From Bacteroidota bacterium (GTDB lineage Bacteria > Bacteroidota > Bacteroidia > Chitinophagales > Saprospiraceae), in contig JBCCQK010000001.1 of NCBI GenBank assembly GCA_039024375.1, positions 1-60,114 on the forward strand: a stretch of DNA of 60,114 bases, given 5' to 3'. How positions within the stretch are numbered: the stretch's first letter is position 1; each line of letters opens with the position of its first letter. Position numbers and translations under genes: made by a program. The notes beneath the pieces were generated by a model. It saw only the letters and a list, made by a program, of their open reading frames with translations, did not search any database and had not been told where the DNA came from. Shown here piece by piece: positions 45,401 through 54,800 of the stretch.

Positions 45401-45411
45401 GTGCAGTTCAT
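39478..45411 (-). CDS. Giant T9SS-secreted multidomain protein: PQQ-type sugar dehydrogenase-like beta-propeller, PKD-like domains, PA14-like domain, six Ig-like repeats, two GEVED-motif domains, T9SS C-terminal sorting domain
   Basis: Signal peptide. HESHGAGQILFGTDGTLMVTVGDG (SGDH-like). PLTVQFDAS (PKD). GFICPPQTGLYTFWIASN (PA14-like, ~42901-42960). Six ~77-aa repeats with TTDGPF...SSGLPV...GPA...TLTGE.GTV..RA.Q.GN. GEVEDY at ~40840 and ~40080. C-terminal LFPNP...GLYYVVIEVEGK. Confidence 0.85.
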   Translation of the reverse strand: MNCTFFGFEKKCPPLLWLLALLCVSFSSICAQPNGFTDELVVDGWNQAVGVTFDENGRMYVWEKGGKVWTVSKGIKSTEPLIDISEEVGNWRDFGLVGFALDPNFLNNGHLYLWYVVDRHHLLNFGTNNYRSDVSSEKEATIARLTRYTANSSDNFTSIDYGSRKILIGESKSTGPPILHESHGAGQILFGTDGTLMVTVGDGASYASPADEGSHPSTYFQQALADGIITPEQNIGAYRCQSLNNLSGKILRIDPETGDGLPSNPYYDSANPRAPQSRTWSIGIRNPYRMAIKPESGSHHAPDGRPGTFIFGDVGWSTWEDLNVVDAPGQNFGWPIYEGISQKAGYENPLYDVGRAEHTPPKIDWRHGTNQARAFINGKMSVIGDGAVQGRPFQGNSSTAGVWYTGKDFPEPYRNTYFHADYSAGWIRNFGFDEQNNPTFVKDFKLDAGAVVCMNVSPAENGIFYVRYPNQIRKITYTGNQNKPPVAIINADQTYGTSPLTVQFDASQSFDSEYSSLKFEWDFGDNATSTDINPKVIFEAPSNAPATYPVTLKVTDAQGGQTEQTIPISLNNTPPVILSTSIDNQNWFSAAAGTTLNLSATVRDMEHPNSLRYEWQTSLFHEGHEHAEPIDSRPNTTTSLSPVECDGSTYWFRITLKVTDPEGLFTVYEKDIYPDCGGLAQTIECAPIPDQPITTGEVVLNATATSGLPVNMYLLEGPAIIFGNKIVSTGFPGRVKIRATQGGNSTYRPATPIERSFNFVLPSTANCATDGKISRDIWTDGQQSLTDNGPVQTKPNETSTLDRFEASPLTTSENTQRIRGFICPPQTGLYTFWIASNEPSQLWLSTNGQTKNKRQIALVKQSTRANQWNKYASQQSDPILLVAGTNYYIEGLANGGGHFSVGWKLPDKSLDRPISGQHLSTWKSKEPQAITFFGIPDKMTTDAPFTVNASASSGLPVDLAVIAGPATISGTTITLTGEAGTVILRATQLGDERFEAANSVERRFEVTPPPRLPKVILNSPANGSSYTQNRLDVRYTLSGDLDFYEANHLLLTLDNQAPIDIHTLNGVYTLKNLSEGTHTLKLQLANSNHQPFNHASATKEVQFTIVPTEKEQQIDFPKLLDKLTTDGPFAIAATATSGLPVQFLLESGPAVLNGNVITLIGQPGTVAVRAIQTGNEEYQPAKDVVRSFDVQSPTIEQQSQSITFPAIPNKKTTDGPFAITASASSGLPVTFAIRTGPATVDGNVITLTGESGTVKVRASQAGNAQFKRAISYDRSFTVESVVPATQQLINFPSLANKLTTDGPFAIAATATSGLPVEFSILSGPATISNNIISLTGESGEVIVRASQRGNSQYLPAPFVDRPFTVSEPITTPPAVEEVNEVSSDYCTTESLFPWQEWIGRVNFGQLDHTSSKAVYTINDYTNLEYAKNERYLLQVIPNFSWTQWDEHISVWIDFNQNGRFEETESVLRAVSLSGVPPTASDGVSATILIPNTAKIGTTRMRVAMQRMEFSTPCEVVNQGEVEDYLISIVDSNSEVSVVEKQAQSINFPAIANQLTTTQTVLLAATATSNLPVSYQILSGPAEVNGNTLKLSGTEGTVVVSAQQAGNAQFLPAQSINRAFKVSSPIEQEETPDDVPATIENYCDAKGQSPWQEWIGRVQFHTLDHISSKEGYGDFTNKETTVERGQTYQLSVSPAFSWTQWDEHINVWIDFNQNGVFEVETELVLSGVSKAQTPNTNPQSVTEQITIPANAGIGTTRMRVAMRQTNAPETCGTFEFGEVEDYTIRIVSSSSSTDKQSLVFSAFLDPKQQVDLQWIASSNQSVLDYEVERSTDNIHFETLQNISLVPEALTATFYRSSDSSPLSGVTYYRVKQRHEDASFVYSNTVVVERAFAENEFYLFPNPVRRQLRLYVKPFLEKSAVITIYNSFGKRIHSQQTPYIETAFMNIDMQQTQNGLYYVVIEVEGKRAISRKFVVNRNY

Positions 45412-45475
45412 ACTTTTTGTTTTTGTCTAGGGGGCAGTGCTTAGGTAATTGGACAGAATTATACTCGTTTTATTA

Positions 45476-45545
45476 GACAGGATTACACGATTTACATAAT
45501 TTTGATTATCAGTGTTTTAAATCCTGTTCATCCTGTAATCCTGTC
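45476..45545. repeat. Intergenic repeat family D-like palindrome (GACAGGATTACA / TGTAATCCTGTC, perfect 12-bp arms)
   Basis: Read directly. Shares ATCAGTGTT with 12637-12755. Confidence 0.6.
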
Positions 45546-45652
45546 AAAAAAACTAAAGTTAATCGTGTGCCAACACTTAGGTTTTTAAATACTTGTAAAT
45601 GCGACGGGAATCTAAAATAGTTTTGCGAAAAGTAATTAGGTCGTGTATTAAA

Positions 45653-45701
45653 GTGGTTGATAGTGGGCGATATTTTCAAAGTATCGCCCTCCATCAACCA
45701 C
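45653..45701 (-). terminator. Hairpin downstream of the NRPS-PKS stop codon (20-bp stem, 2 mismatches)
   Basis: GTGGTTGATAGTGGGCGATA / TATCGCCCTCCATCAACCAC. Only a weak T-tract follows on the minus strand. Confidence 0.4.
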
Positions 45702-45813
45702 TTTGATACATCACCAAGTAATTAAATGGGTATCGCTTAAGATTTAGCTAAATTTTAAAATTAACCTGTGCTAGTTTGAAATGTAGATTACTAATTTTTG
45801 GCACTTTGAAATT

Positions 45814-48800
45814 TTAAGTTTTAAATTTTAGATTTCTTTGATACTTTTCCTCCAATAACGCTTGGAGAATTTTAGCGAATTGCTCGCCATTGGGGGGATT
45901 GAATAGACTCAGGTGGTCTCCGGGGACATCCAAAGTATGGATTTTTCCTCGAATGTAAGGTTTCCATCCTAAAAATTGGTGGTCTTCGATAAAAAATCGT
46001 TGTTCTTCGGCTCGAAATAGGTGTAAATCACCTTCGTAGGGGGTAATGGTATAGTTTTTCCAGGCCTCAAAATTACTCTGATTGACAATCGATTCTAATT
46101 GCGTGTCTTGCTGCGTTTGGGTGTCTTTACCTTCCTTGAAAACTCGATATTTCCAGTTGTTTAACTTTCTTATATAGACATATTTTCGGTAACTGAAATT
46201 CTCTACGGGATTGGTTACCAAGTCTTTCAAGTTCCAAGCGACTTTCTTACCAATCGTACTCACTTTTTCTGAAAAAGAATGCTCGAAATTGGTTAATTCG
46301 GGTTTAATCACCGTATCAAATACGCTTAACAGTAACACTTCCTTGTTCGCTGCTTGCAATTGCTTGGCCATTTCAAAAGCAATTAATCCGCCAAAAGAAT
46401 AGCCCGCCAAAGCGTACGGTTGGTTGGGGTGCACTTGTTGAATCGCTTCAATATAATGACTCGCCATATCTTCAATTCTATCTAGCGGCTGTCCTTCCCC
46501 GTTCAGTCCTTTAGCTTGCAGGGCATAAATGGGCTGGTCGTCGTCCATATTAGCTGCTAAAGTTTGGAACATAAGCACGTGCAATCCGCCACCGTGAATC
46601 AAATAAAGCGGTGGTTTGCTACCCGTTGTTCTGATGGGTACTAGCGACCCTTCAAAGGTACGCTCCGCTTTTTTATCCAATAAATAACCTAATTGATTGA
46701 TGGTAGAATGTTGTAACAAAGCGGCCAATGGCACTCGCCTGCCCAATTTCTTTTCAATGCTGGCCATCATGCTAACGGCAATCAAAGAATGACCACCTAG
46801 TTCAAAAAAATCATCGTGGATGCTTATCGAATCTAAGTTCAGTAGGTCTTGCCAAATAGCCGCAAGCATTTTTTCGGTAGGCGACGTAGCGGCGCAGAAT
46901 ATCTTTTTCTTGGCAACGTTGGACCACTCTGGCACGGGTAATTTTTTCCTATCCACCTTCTGGGAAACCGTCATCGGAAAAGCATCCATCAAAACGAAAG
47001 CGGCTGGAATCATGTAGTCAGGTAATTGACCCTTTAAAAATTCTTTCAGTCCTTCAATGGAAAAAGTAGCTTGGTTGCGGACGATTAAATAGGCGGCTAA
47101 TCGTTTATCGTTCGGTTGGTCTTCTCGAACCATCACCCGATTTTCTTGCACTTCGCCGTATTGTCCAATGGCCGTTTCAATATCTCCCAATTCAATGCGA
47201 TACCCCCGAATTTTTACTTGCTTATCCCCTCGATTCAAATACTCGATATCTCCATTCGGCAAGTAGCGGCCACGGTCGCCCGTTCGATAAAGCGTTTGGT
47301 AATGTTTTTCGTCGGAAAAAGGATTAGGGACAAAAGTCTTATTCGTTAGTTCGGGAAGTTGATGATAACCATTCGGCGCTACGCCAACGCCCGCAATGTA
47401 AATTTCTCCACCTACGCCAATAGGCACGGGCTGCTGGGTTTGGTCCAAAATGTAAATTTTTACATTATTGATGGGACGCCCGACGGGCAAGTAGCCGAAA
47501 TTGTCTTCGGAAAACAAATGAGGTTGAATTTGCTTAGTTGTTGACCAAATAGTTGTTTCGGTGGGGCCGTAAATATTCCAAACTTCTTTAGTATTCGCCA
47601 ACAGTTGCTGTGCCAATTCTTTGGACAAACCTTCGCCCCCCGATAGCGCTCGCAACTGCGGACTATTGGTCCACCCCGCTAGAAGTAGCATCTGCCAAGT
47701 TGAAGGCGTGGCTTGCATTAGTGTAGGCTTCGTTTTTTCAATTAACTCCTTTAATAAGAAACCATCTTTTACGGCTTCTTTGTCAGCAATGATGACCGTT
47801 CCACCCACGAAAAGTGGCATAAAAAAGTCCTGTACCGATGGGTCAAAGGCAATCGAAGCAACGGCCAAAATTTTATCTTTTTCGTCAATTTTATATTTAT
47901 CAATAATCGCTGAATGGTGGTCAACTACCGCATAGTGCGGAATAGCGATTCCCTTAGGTTTTCCCGTTGAACCTGAAGTGTAAATAATATAGGCTGTGTC
48001 CGTCACCCGAGGCGTCGAACCATTTTGAATCAACGGTTGGAACGTATTTTCTAAACTATTTTCGTAAAAAAGAACCGTACCATCGAAGACAGGAATCTGG
48101 TTTTTCAACGGCTCGTGACTTATTAAAAAATCGGCTTTTACATCTTCTAAAATAGTAGCCAATCGTTCGGTCGGATTGATAGGGTCTAATGGAATATAGA
48201 TAGCGCCTAATTTCAAAACGGCTAGTAAACTTATCAACATTTCGGAAGAGCGCTCTAAATAAACCCCAACCTTTTTTCCTCTTTTAACTCTTTTTTGCTG
48301 AAAATAGCCCGCAAGAATAGTCGCCCGCTGATTTAATTCTTGATAAGTAACTAGCTCATTATTAAAGGTTAAGGCTGTTGCATTAGGAAATTGCTGCGCT
48401 TTTTGTTCAAAAAGTGTATGAATACAAACCGTTGGAAAGTTATCCACATTTGTGTCGTTCCAAGATGTTAATAACTTTTCTCGTTCCGATTCGGGTAGCA
48501 ATGGAAGTTGGGCAATAGGCTGATTGGGTTGCTCCAAAATGCCCTTTATCAAAGTGTCAAATTCCAGTAATCGACGTTGAATCGTTGACGTATCAAAAAG
48601 GTCGGTATTATAAATCCATTCGAAGGTAATGCCCGAAGCGTTCGTTTTTAAATTGATAAAAATATCGAAGGTCTCGTAATTGCGGGGAACGGCGCGAGTG
48701 GAAACTTTTAAGTCCCCAAAATTTAGTTGACTAAAATCGCTATCCAAGTTGAAAAGTACCGAAATAATGGGTTGCCGACTGGTGTCTCTAGGTAATTTTA

Positions 48801-51800
48801 ATTCCTTGACCAATGCGCCCAAGGTATAATTTTGGTGGTCAAAGGCATCCAGCATTTTAGTCCGTACTTTTTTCAGATGCGCTAGAAAAGTATCGGTAGC
48901 GTCAACGGTCATTTTCAGCGGAAGCAAACTAACGCTATGTCCCACCAAACCTTGATTACCCGCAATGGCTTGACCCGCCGCTACGACGCCTAAAGTGAAC
49001 GTTTCCTGTTGGGAAAGCCGATGAATGAACGTTTGAAAAGCGGCGAACATAAAATTGTAAAAAGTGGCGCCTTGTTTAGCCGCTAGTTGTTTAATATTTG
49101 TTTGCACATCGGCAGAAAAATGAATTTTTTCCATCGCCGAAGCATACGTCTTCACGGGCGGACGTAGGCGGTCCGTCGGAAAAGCTAAAACGGGAATATC
49201 GTCGGCAAATTCTTTTTTCCAATAATTAACCGACTGTCGATAGGCCTCCGATTCTTTCGCTTTTGCGACTTCTAAAGCGTACCTACTTAGTTGCTTGGGT
49301 GCGGTCAACGGTTGATGCTTTTTACCAACTAATTTAGCGTAAAGCGTTCCCAAATCCGTGCTTAAGATTCCCAACGACCAACCGTCGGCGATGATGTGAT
49401 GCACCGTAATGATGACTAAATGAACGTCGTCGGCCAAACGAATGATTTGAAAACGAGACAGCGGGCCTTGGAATAAATCCATTGGGGTTTCGGCCTCCTG
49501 TTGGTGAATATCGGATAGGGTTAGGGACTTTTCTCCATTGGCCAAATCAATAAAAGGAATCGACATTTCAAAGTTGAGGGCAATGATTTGGGTTTTCCCA
49601 TCTTCACTAAAAGTCGTGCGCAATGCTTCGTGTCGGTCAACTAGCTGCTGAATGGCGGTGCGCATTTTTTCGAGGTCCAAATTTCCCTCCAACCGGATTT
49701 CAGTCGCCAAATTATACGCCGAAGCCGCTTCGGAGTTGAACTGGTGTCCAATCCAAATTTCCTCCTGCCCGTCCGTCAACGGAACAATTTTAGGTTGGGT
49801 TGGGTCAACGGCTAAACCCATCAATTCGGGGTCAATAATTTCGTTTAAATCTTCGCCGTGCCATTCCATGAAGAATTGTCGGTCAAACATCTCGGCAATC
49901 GCCGTTTGGTAAATTTGATAGACTTTATCTAAATCTGCGTCGGAATGTTCGGTCGATAAAAATCCCGCTCTTTCGGTCATATACACGCCGTGGTGACGCA
50001 TGACGTGAAAGAATATTTTGGACAACGGGTAATCGTCGATGACTTTCACCGCTAAGATGGAAGAAGCCGATTTTATGGCTAGAGGTGCTTTCGTTGCTCG
50101 GAAAAGTTGGGCCAACCGTTTGGCGAAAGCCTTGGTTCTACGGTTTAAGTTGAATTGCAGTTGTGGCCCATTTGCTTTTAACTGTTCTAAAACTGCCTTG
50201 GCTGCCGCTAAACTCACGGGATGTTTAACGTACGTCCCACCAAAAAAAGTAACCATCGCTTCGGGGAACGAATCGTCACCGAATTGCCACTGACCGCCAT
50301 CGAAGGCATCCAAATATTTAGCCTTCCCCGCCAACATCGCAATGGGTAAGCCGCCACCCGCAATTTTCCCGTAAGCGCATAAATCCGCCTCGACGCCGTA
50401 CCAGCCCTGTGCGCCCGTTTGGGTCGCCCGAAATCCCGTTACACATTCGTCATAAACCAGCGCAATATCTTTTTGAGTAGCAATACTTCTCAATTGTTCC
50501 AATACTACTTTTCGCTGTAAGTGCGGTGTTTGGGTGTGAAAAGGTTCAACAATAATCGCCGCCAAATCATCGGCATTATCTTCGATAACGTCCATCAGAT
50601 TTGGGTCATCATAGTAGAGTACTAATACATTTGAAACCGCCGATTCTGGAATGCCCGGCGCAATCGTCATAGACTTCGTTCGTCCTTTCAATTGAACACC
50701 CCTTACTAGCATTTCGTCAGCGATACCGTGGTAGTCTCCTTCAAAAACGGCTACTTTTTCTCGACCCGAAACGGTTCGGGTGGCTCTAATGGCGGCGGAG
50801 ATGGCTTCCGAACCCGTATTGACCAAGGTCGCCCGTTCCATGCCCGTCACTTCACAGAGTAACTCAGCCACTTCCTTGGCCAACGGTGGTAAAACGGCTA
50901 ATTCCGTTCCTTTTTGCATTTGTTCAATGACCGCCGTTTGCACAAAATCGGGCGTGTGACCGAAGAGACCAATACCAAAACTCATTAGAAAATCGATGTA
51001 TTCGTTTCCGTCCACGTCCCACATTTTAGAGCCTTTGGAACGAGTCATGGCGATTTGGTAAACGGCGTCTTTCCACAGTTTATTGAAGGCTTGAATGGAG
51101 CGTGGGTCGGATAAATATTGCCGTTGCACTTGACTCAATCGTTTCGACCCTTGGGTTTTCTGATTGTATTTTTTTATAAAATCCGCTAGTTGCCTTTGTT
51201 GAAAATCCGTTAGTTCCGAGACACCTTTCGGAATAGGTTTCCAAGGACCGAAGCCTTTTGACTTATCTGCATCGCTTACTTTTGGAGGTAGGGAAGTTAA
51301 TTTTTGGGGCGTGGGAGACGGTATTTTTCGGGGTGAATTTTGAGCGGTACTTATTTGGGTTGGCACCGGCACATTAGTGGTCGTTCCACTTCCTTTCAGC
51401 AGGTCTAATTGCTGCTGCATGATTTGCAACTGTTGGTTGATGACCGTTTGTAAGGTGCTATTATTAGTCGTCGAGGTGGTTGGTGACACAATTGTTGTGG
51501 GGGTAACCGTATTTTGAACGATTACTGGTGGCAGAAATAAGTCTTTGGCTAGAGTTTCATCCACGTACTCAGCTAATCGCTCAATGGTGGAAGCGTCTTC
51601 AAAAAGTTTCCGAAAGGTAATGGCTAGCTGAAATTTCCGATTAAACTTCGTGACCGCTTGGGTCAAAAATAAGGAGTCAAAGCCAAGTTCTAAAAAGGTG
51701 GCTTCGTTGTCCATCTCTTCGGCTTCCAAGCCACTCAGTTCGAATAAAATTTCTTTGATGAGGTCAATCAGATGGTCTTTTCTAGTCATCGTCTGGGGTT

Positions 51801-54800
51801 TTATAGGAATTGTCGAAGTAATAGGTTGAACAGTAAAATGGAGGGGCTGTTCCACTGGCGTAACTCCAGAGGTTGGAATTGTCTGTTTGGTCAAGGCGGG
51901 CGCTATCCAATGTCTTTTTCGTTCGAAAGGGTAAGTAGGTAAAGGGACTTTGGCGGGGGAAAATGGTTCGTAATATTTATTCCAATCAATAGCTACGCCG
52001 TTACACCACAATTTTCCTAGCGTTTTTTGCAAAAAAGCCACATCATCAATCGTTTCCTTAGGGTGTCGAACCGACGAATAAATGGATTGCGTTTTATCTT
52101 TTTTAGGATGCTGCCGAGCAAAAGTAGCCAATGTTTGACCGGGGCCAACTTCTAGTAAAAGGCCATTTTTTTCTTTTAAAATAGTGGCCAAACCATCCGA
52201 AAAACGCACCGTTTGTCGAAGGTGGCGTACCCAATAATCGGGCGTTACCATTTCTTCGGGAAGCGCCCAATTTCCATTGACGTTGGAAATGACTGGAATG
52301 ATTGGTGGATGAAAACTAATGCCTTTTAGAAAGGCGCTAAATTCGGGAATGATGGGTTCAATTTGTGCCGAATGAGCGGCCACATCAATGTGTATTTTGC
52401 TCGCTTCTATCCCCCGTTGGGTTAGCTTTTGGTGTAAATGATTTATCGCTTCGACGGTTCCCGAAACTACACAATTATTGGGTTTATTGATGACCGAGAT
52501 GCTTGTTTTATCGGACAAATAGGGCGATAGTTCCTTTTCCGAGAGGGAAACGCTTAACATACTCCCCGCTGCCGATAAACCTTCAAAAAGCTGTCCCCGC
52601 TTGACGACTATCCGCAAACCGTCTTCCCAAGAAAATACACCCGCCAAGCAAGCAGCGGTGTATTCGCCCATGCTGTGGCCAATCATTTGGTCGGGTTCGA
52701 TTCCCCAATTTTGCCAGAGTTTAGCTAAAGCGTACTCGACAGTAAAAAGCGTGGCTAAGGCGTTGGTCGGTCGCTGAATGGCCGATTTATGTTCGTTGGT
52801 CGCTGATATGGTTTCGGTAAAAAGCAATGGTGCAATATCCAGTTCCCATTCCTTTTTTAGAAAATCTGCACAGCTATCCACCTGCTCTCGAAAGGTTGGA
52901 AAAGCGATATAAAGTCCCTTTGCCATTCCCACGTACTGCGCTCCACCACCGGGGAAAAGGAAGGTGATTTTGGAGGCAGTATTACCACTTTTTAACTGAT
53001 TTTTAAAAGTAGCAGTAGGTTTATCAGAATTATTTGATGAGTAAATATTGCTCAATCGATAGTTGAAAGCGGCTCGCCCCGTAGCTAACGTATAAGCAAC
53101 ATCTACAAGACGAATGTCTGGTTTTCTTTCTAGAAAAGCGGTCAATTGTGCCTGCTGCTCGTTCAAAGATGATTCACTTTTTGCGGAAAGCAATAATAAA
53201 TTAAAATTAGGAGTAGGAATCGTTTTGGTGTTTTCTTTAACTGCTGGTGCTTCTTCTAAAATTAAGTGCGCATTGGTACCACCTAAACCGAAAGAACTAA
53301 CCCCCACTCGTCGAATCCGTTCACCTTTTTCCCAACGTTGCAATCGGTCGTTGACGTAGAAAGGAGAATTGGCAAAATCTATTTGTGGATTGGGTTTTTC
53401 AAAGTTCAATGATGGTGGCAGCAACTCATATTTCAAGGACAAAGCCGTTTTAATAATCCCCACTAAACAAGACCCAGCATCAAGGTGACCAATGGCCGTT
53501 TTGACGGAACCAATGGCACAGTATTGTTTTTTATCCGTATGCTTTCGAAAGGCTTTGGTGAGTCCCGCCACTTCAATTGGGTCACCTAAAATAGTTCCCG
53601 TCCCGTGCGCTTCCACGTAGTCGATAGCGTCCGCCGATAGATTAGCTTTGGCCAAAGCGGTCGTAATCGCATCCGATTGTCCTTTGATACTTGGTGCTGT
53701 AAACCCTATTTTTTCATTACCATCATTATTGATGGCCGTTCCTTTAATAACTGCCCAAACATGGTCTCTATCTTCAAGTGCACGGTCTAGCTTTTTTAAA
53801 ACAATACTTACCATTCCGTTTCCTCGTACCATTCCCTTTGCTTCGGCATCAAAAGCTCGGAGATAGCCGTCGGGAGACAAGGGTCCACCTTCCACATAAT
53901 CGTAACCTGCTTGCAAATCGGGCTGAATTCGGCCACCACTCACGAGTACCATATCCGAATCGCCGTTCAAGATACTTTGGCAAGCGAGATGAACGGCCGT
54001 CCCCGAAGTAGAGCAAGCGGTTTGCACATTTACGGCGGGCCCCTTCAAGTTCAATTGATAGGCTACTCGGCTGATGGCAAAGGTTTTTTCACTGCCTAGC
54101 GTGTCTTGATATTCCCCTGCCGTTGCTAATAAATCGGGATGGGTTGCAATATTACCGGAAAAGTAAGAGTTGCGGGCAACGCCTCCGAATATGCCGATTT
54201 TACCTTTGTATTCGTAAGGATTACAGCCCGCACTTTCCAAAGCTGCGTAAGCTACCTCTAATAAAACTCGGTGCTGCGGGTCCATCATCGCTGCCTCTTT
54301 GGGATAATAGCCAAAAAAAGCCGCATCGAAACACGCCAAATCGTCGAGCGATAAAGTTCTGGCGACTCGGTTGGTCCGTTTTAGGAGTTCTTCGCCTTGT
54401 CCTAATGCTTCCAAATCGGCGGCCGTTACGGCTCGACTTACATCTTTTCCGTTGACCAAATTCAACCAGAATTCGTGTAGCGAATTGGCGCCCGGTAAAC
54501 GGCAAGCCATGCCAATAATGGCGATGTCGGACGAGGAGAAACTACTCTTAATTGGTTGTTTTTTAGGTAAGTTTTCTTGTGTATCAAGTGGCATTTCGTA
54601 CCCTAAGTCCTTCGCTAAAGTAAGCGTTTCGATATTTAATTGCTGTATATTTTTAGGTGAAGGAGTAGCGGCTTTTTGGGCGTTTATTTTTGTAAATTTC
54701 AAAAGGTTGCTATCGCTCATTGAGCGGGATTCGGCGTGAATCCCATTGATGTTTTTTGTTTCAATGTTTTGGTAAGGAGTCAGTAAATCGGGGTGAAAAG

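Noticed and set aside
45412-45813. A functional operon link between the NRPS-PKS gene and the downstream T9SS protein
   Set aside because: They share a strand. However, they are separated by 400 bp containing a 20-bp-stem hairpin and a palindromic repeat, and no biochemical rationale connects them. I recorded this only as something to test by RNA-seq.
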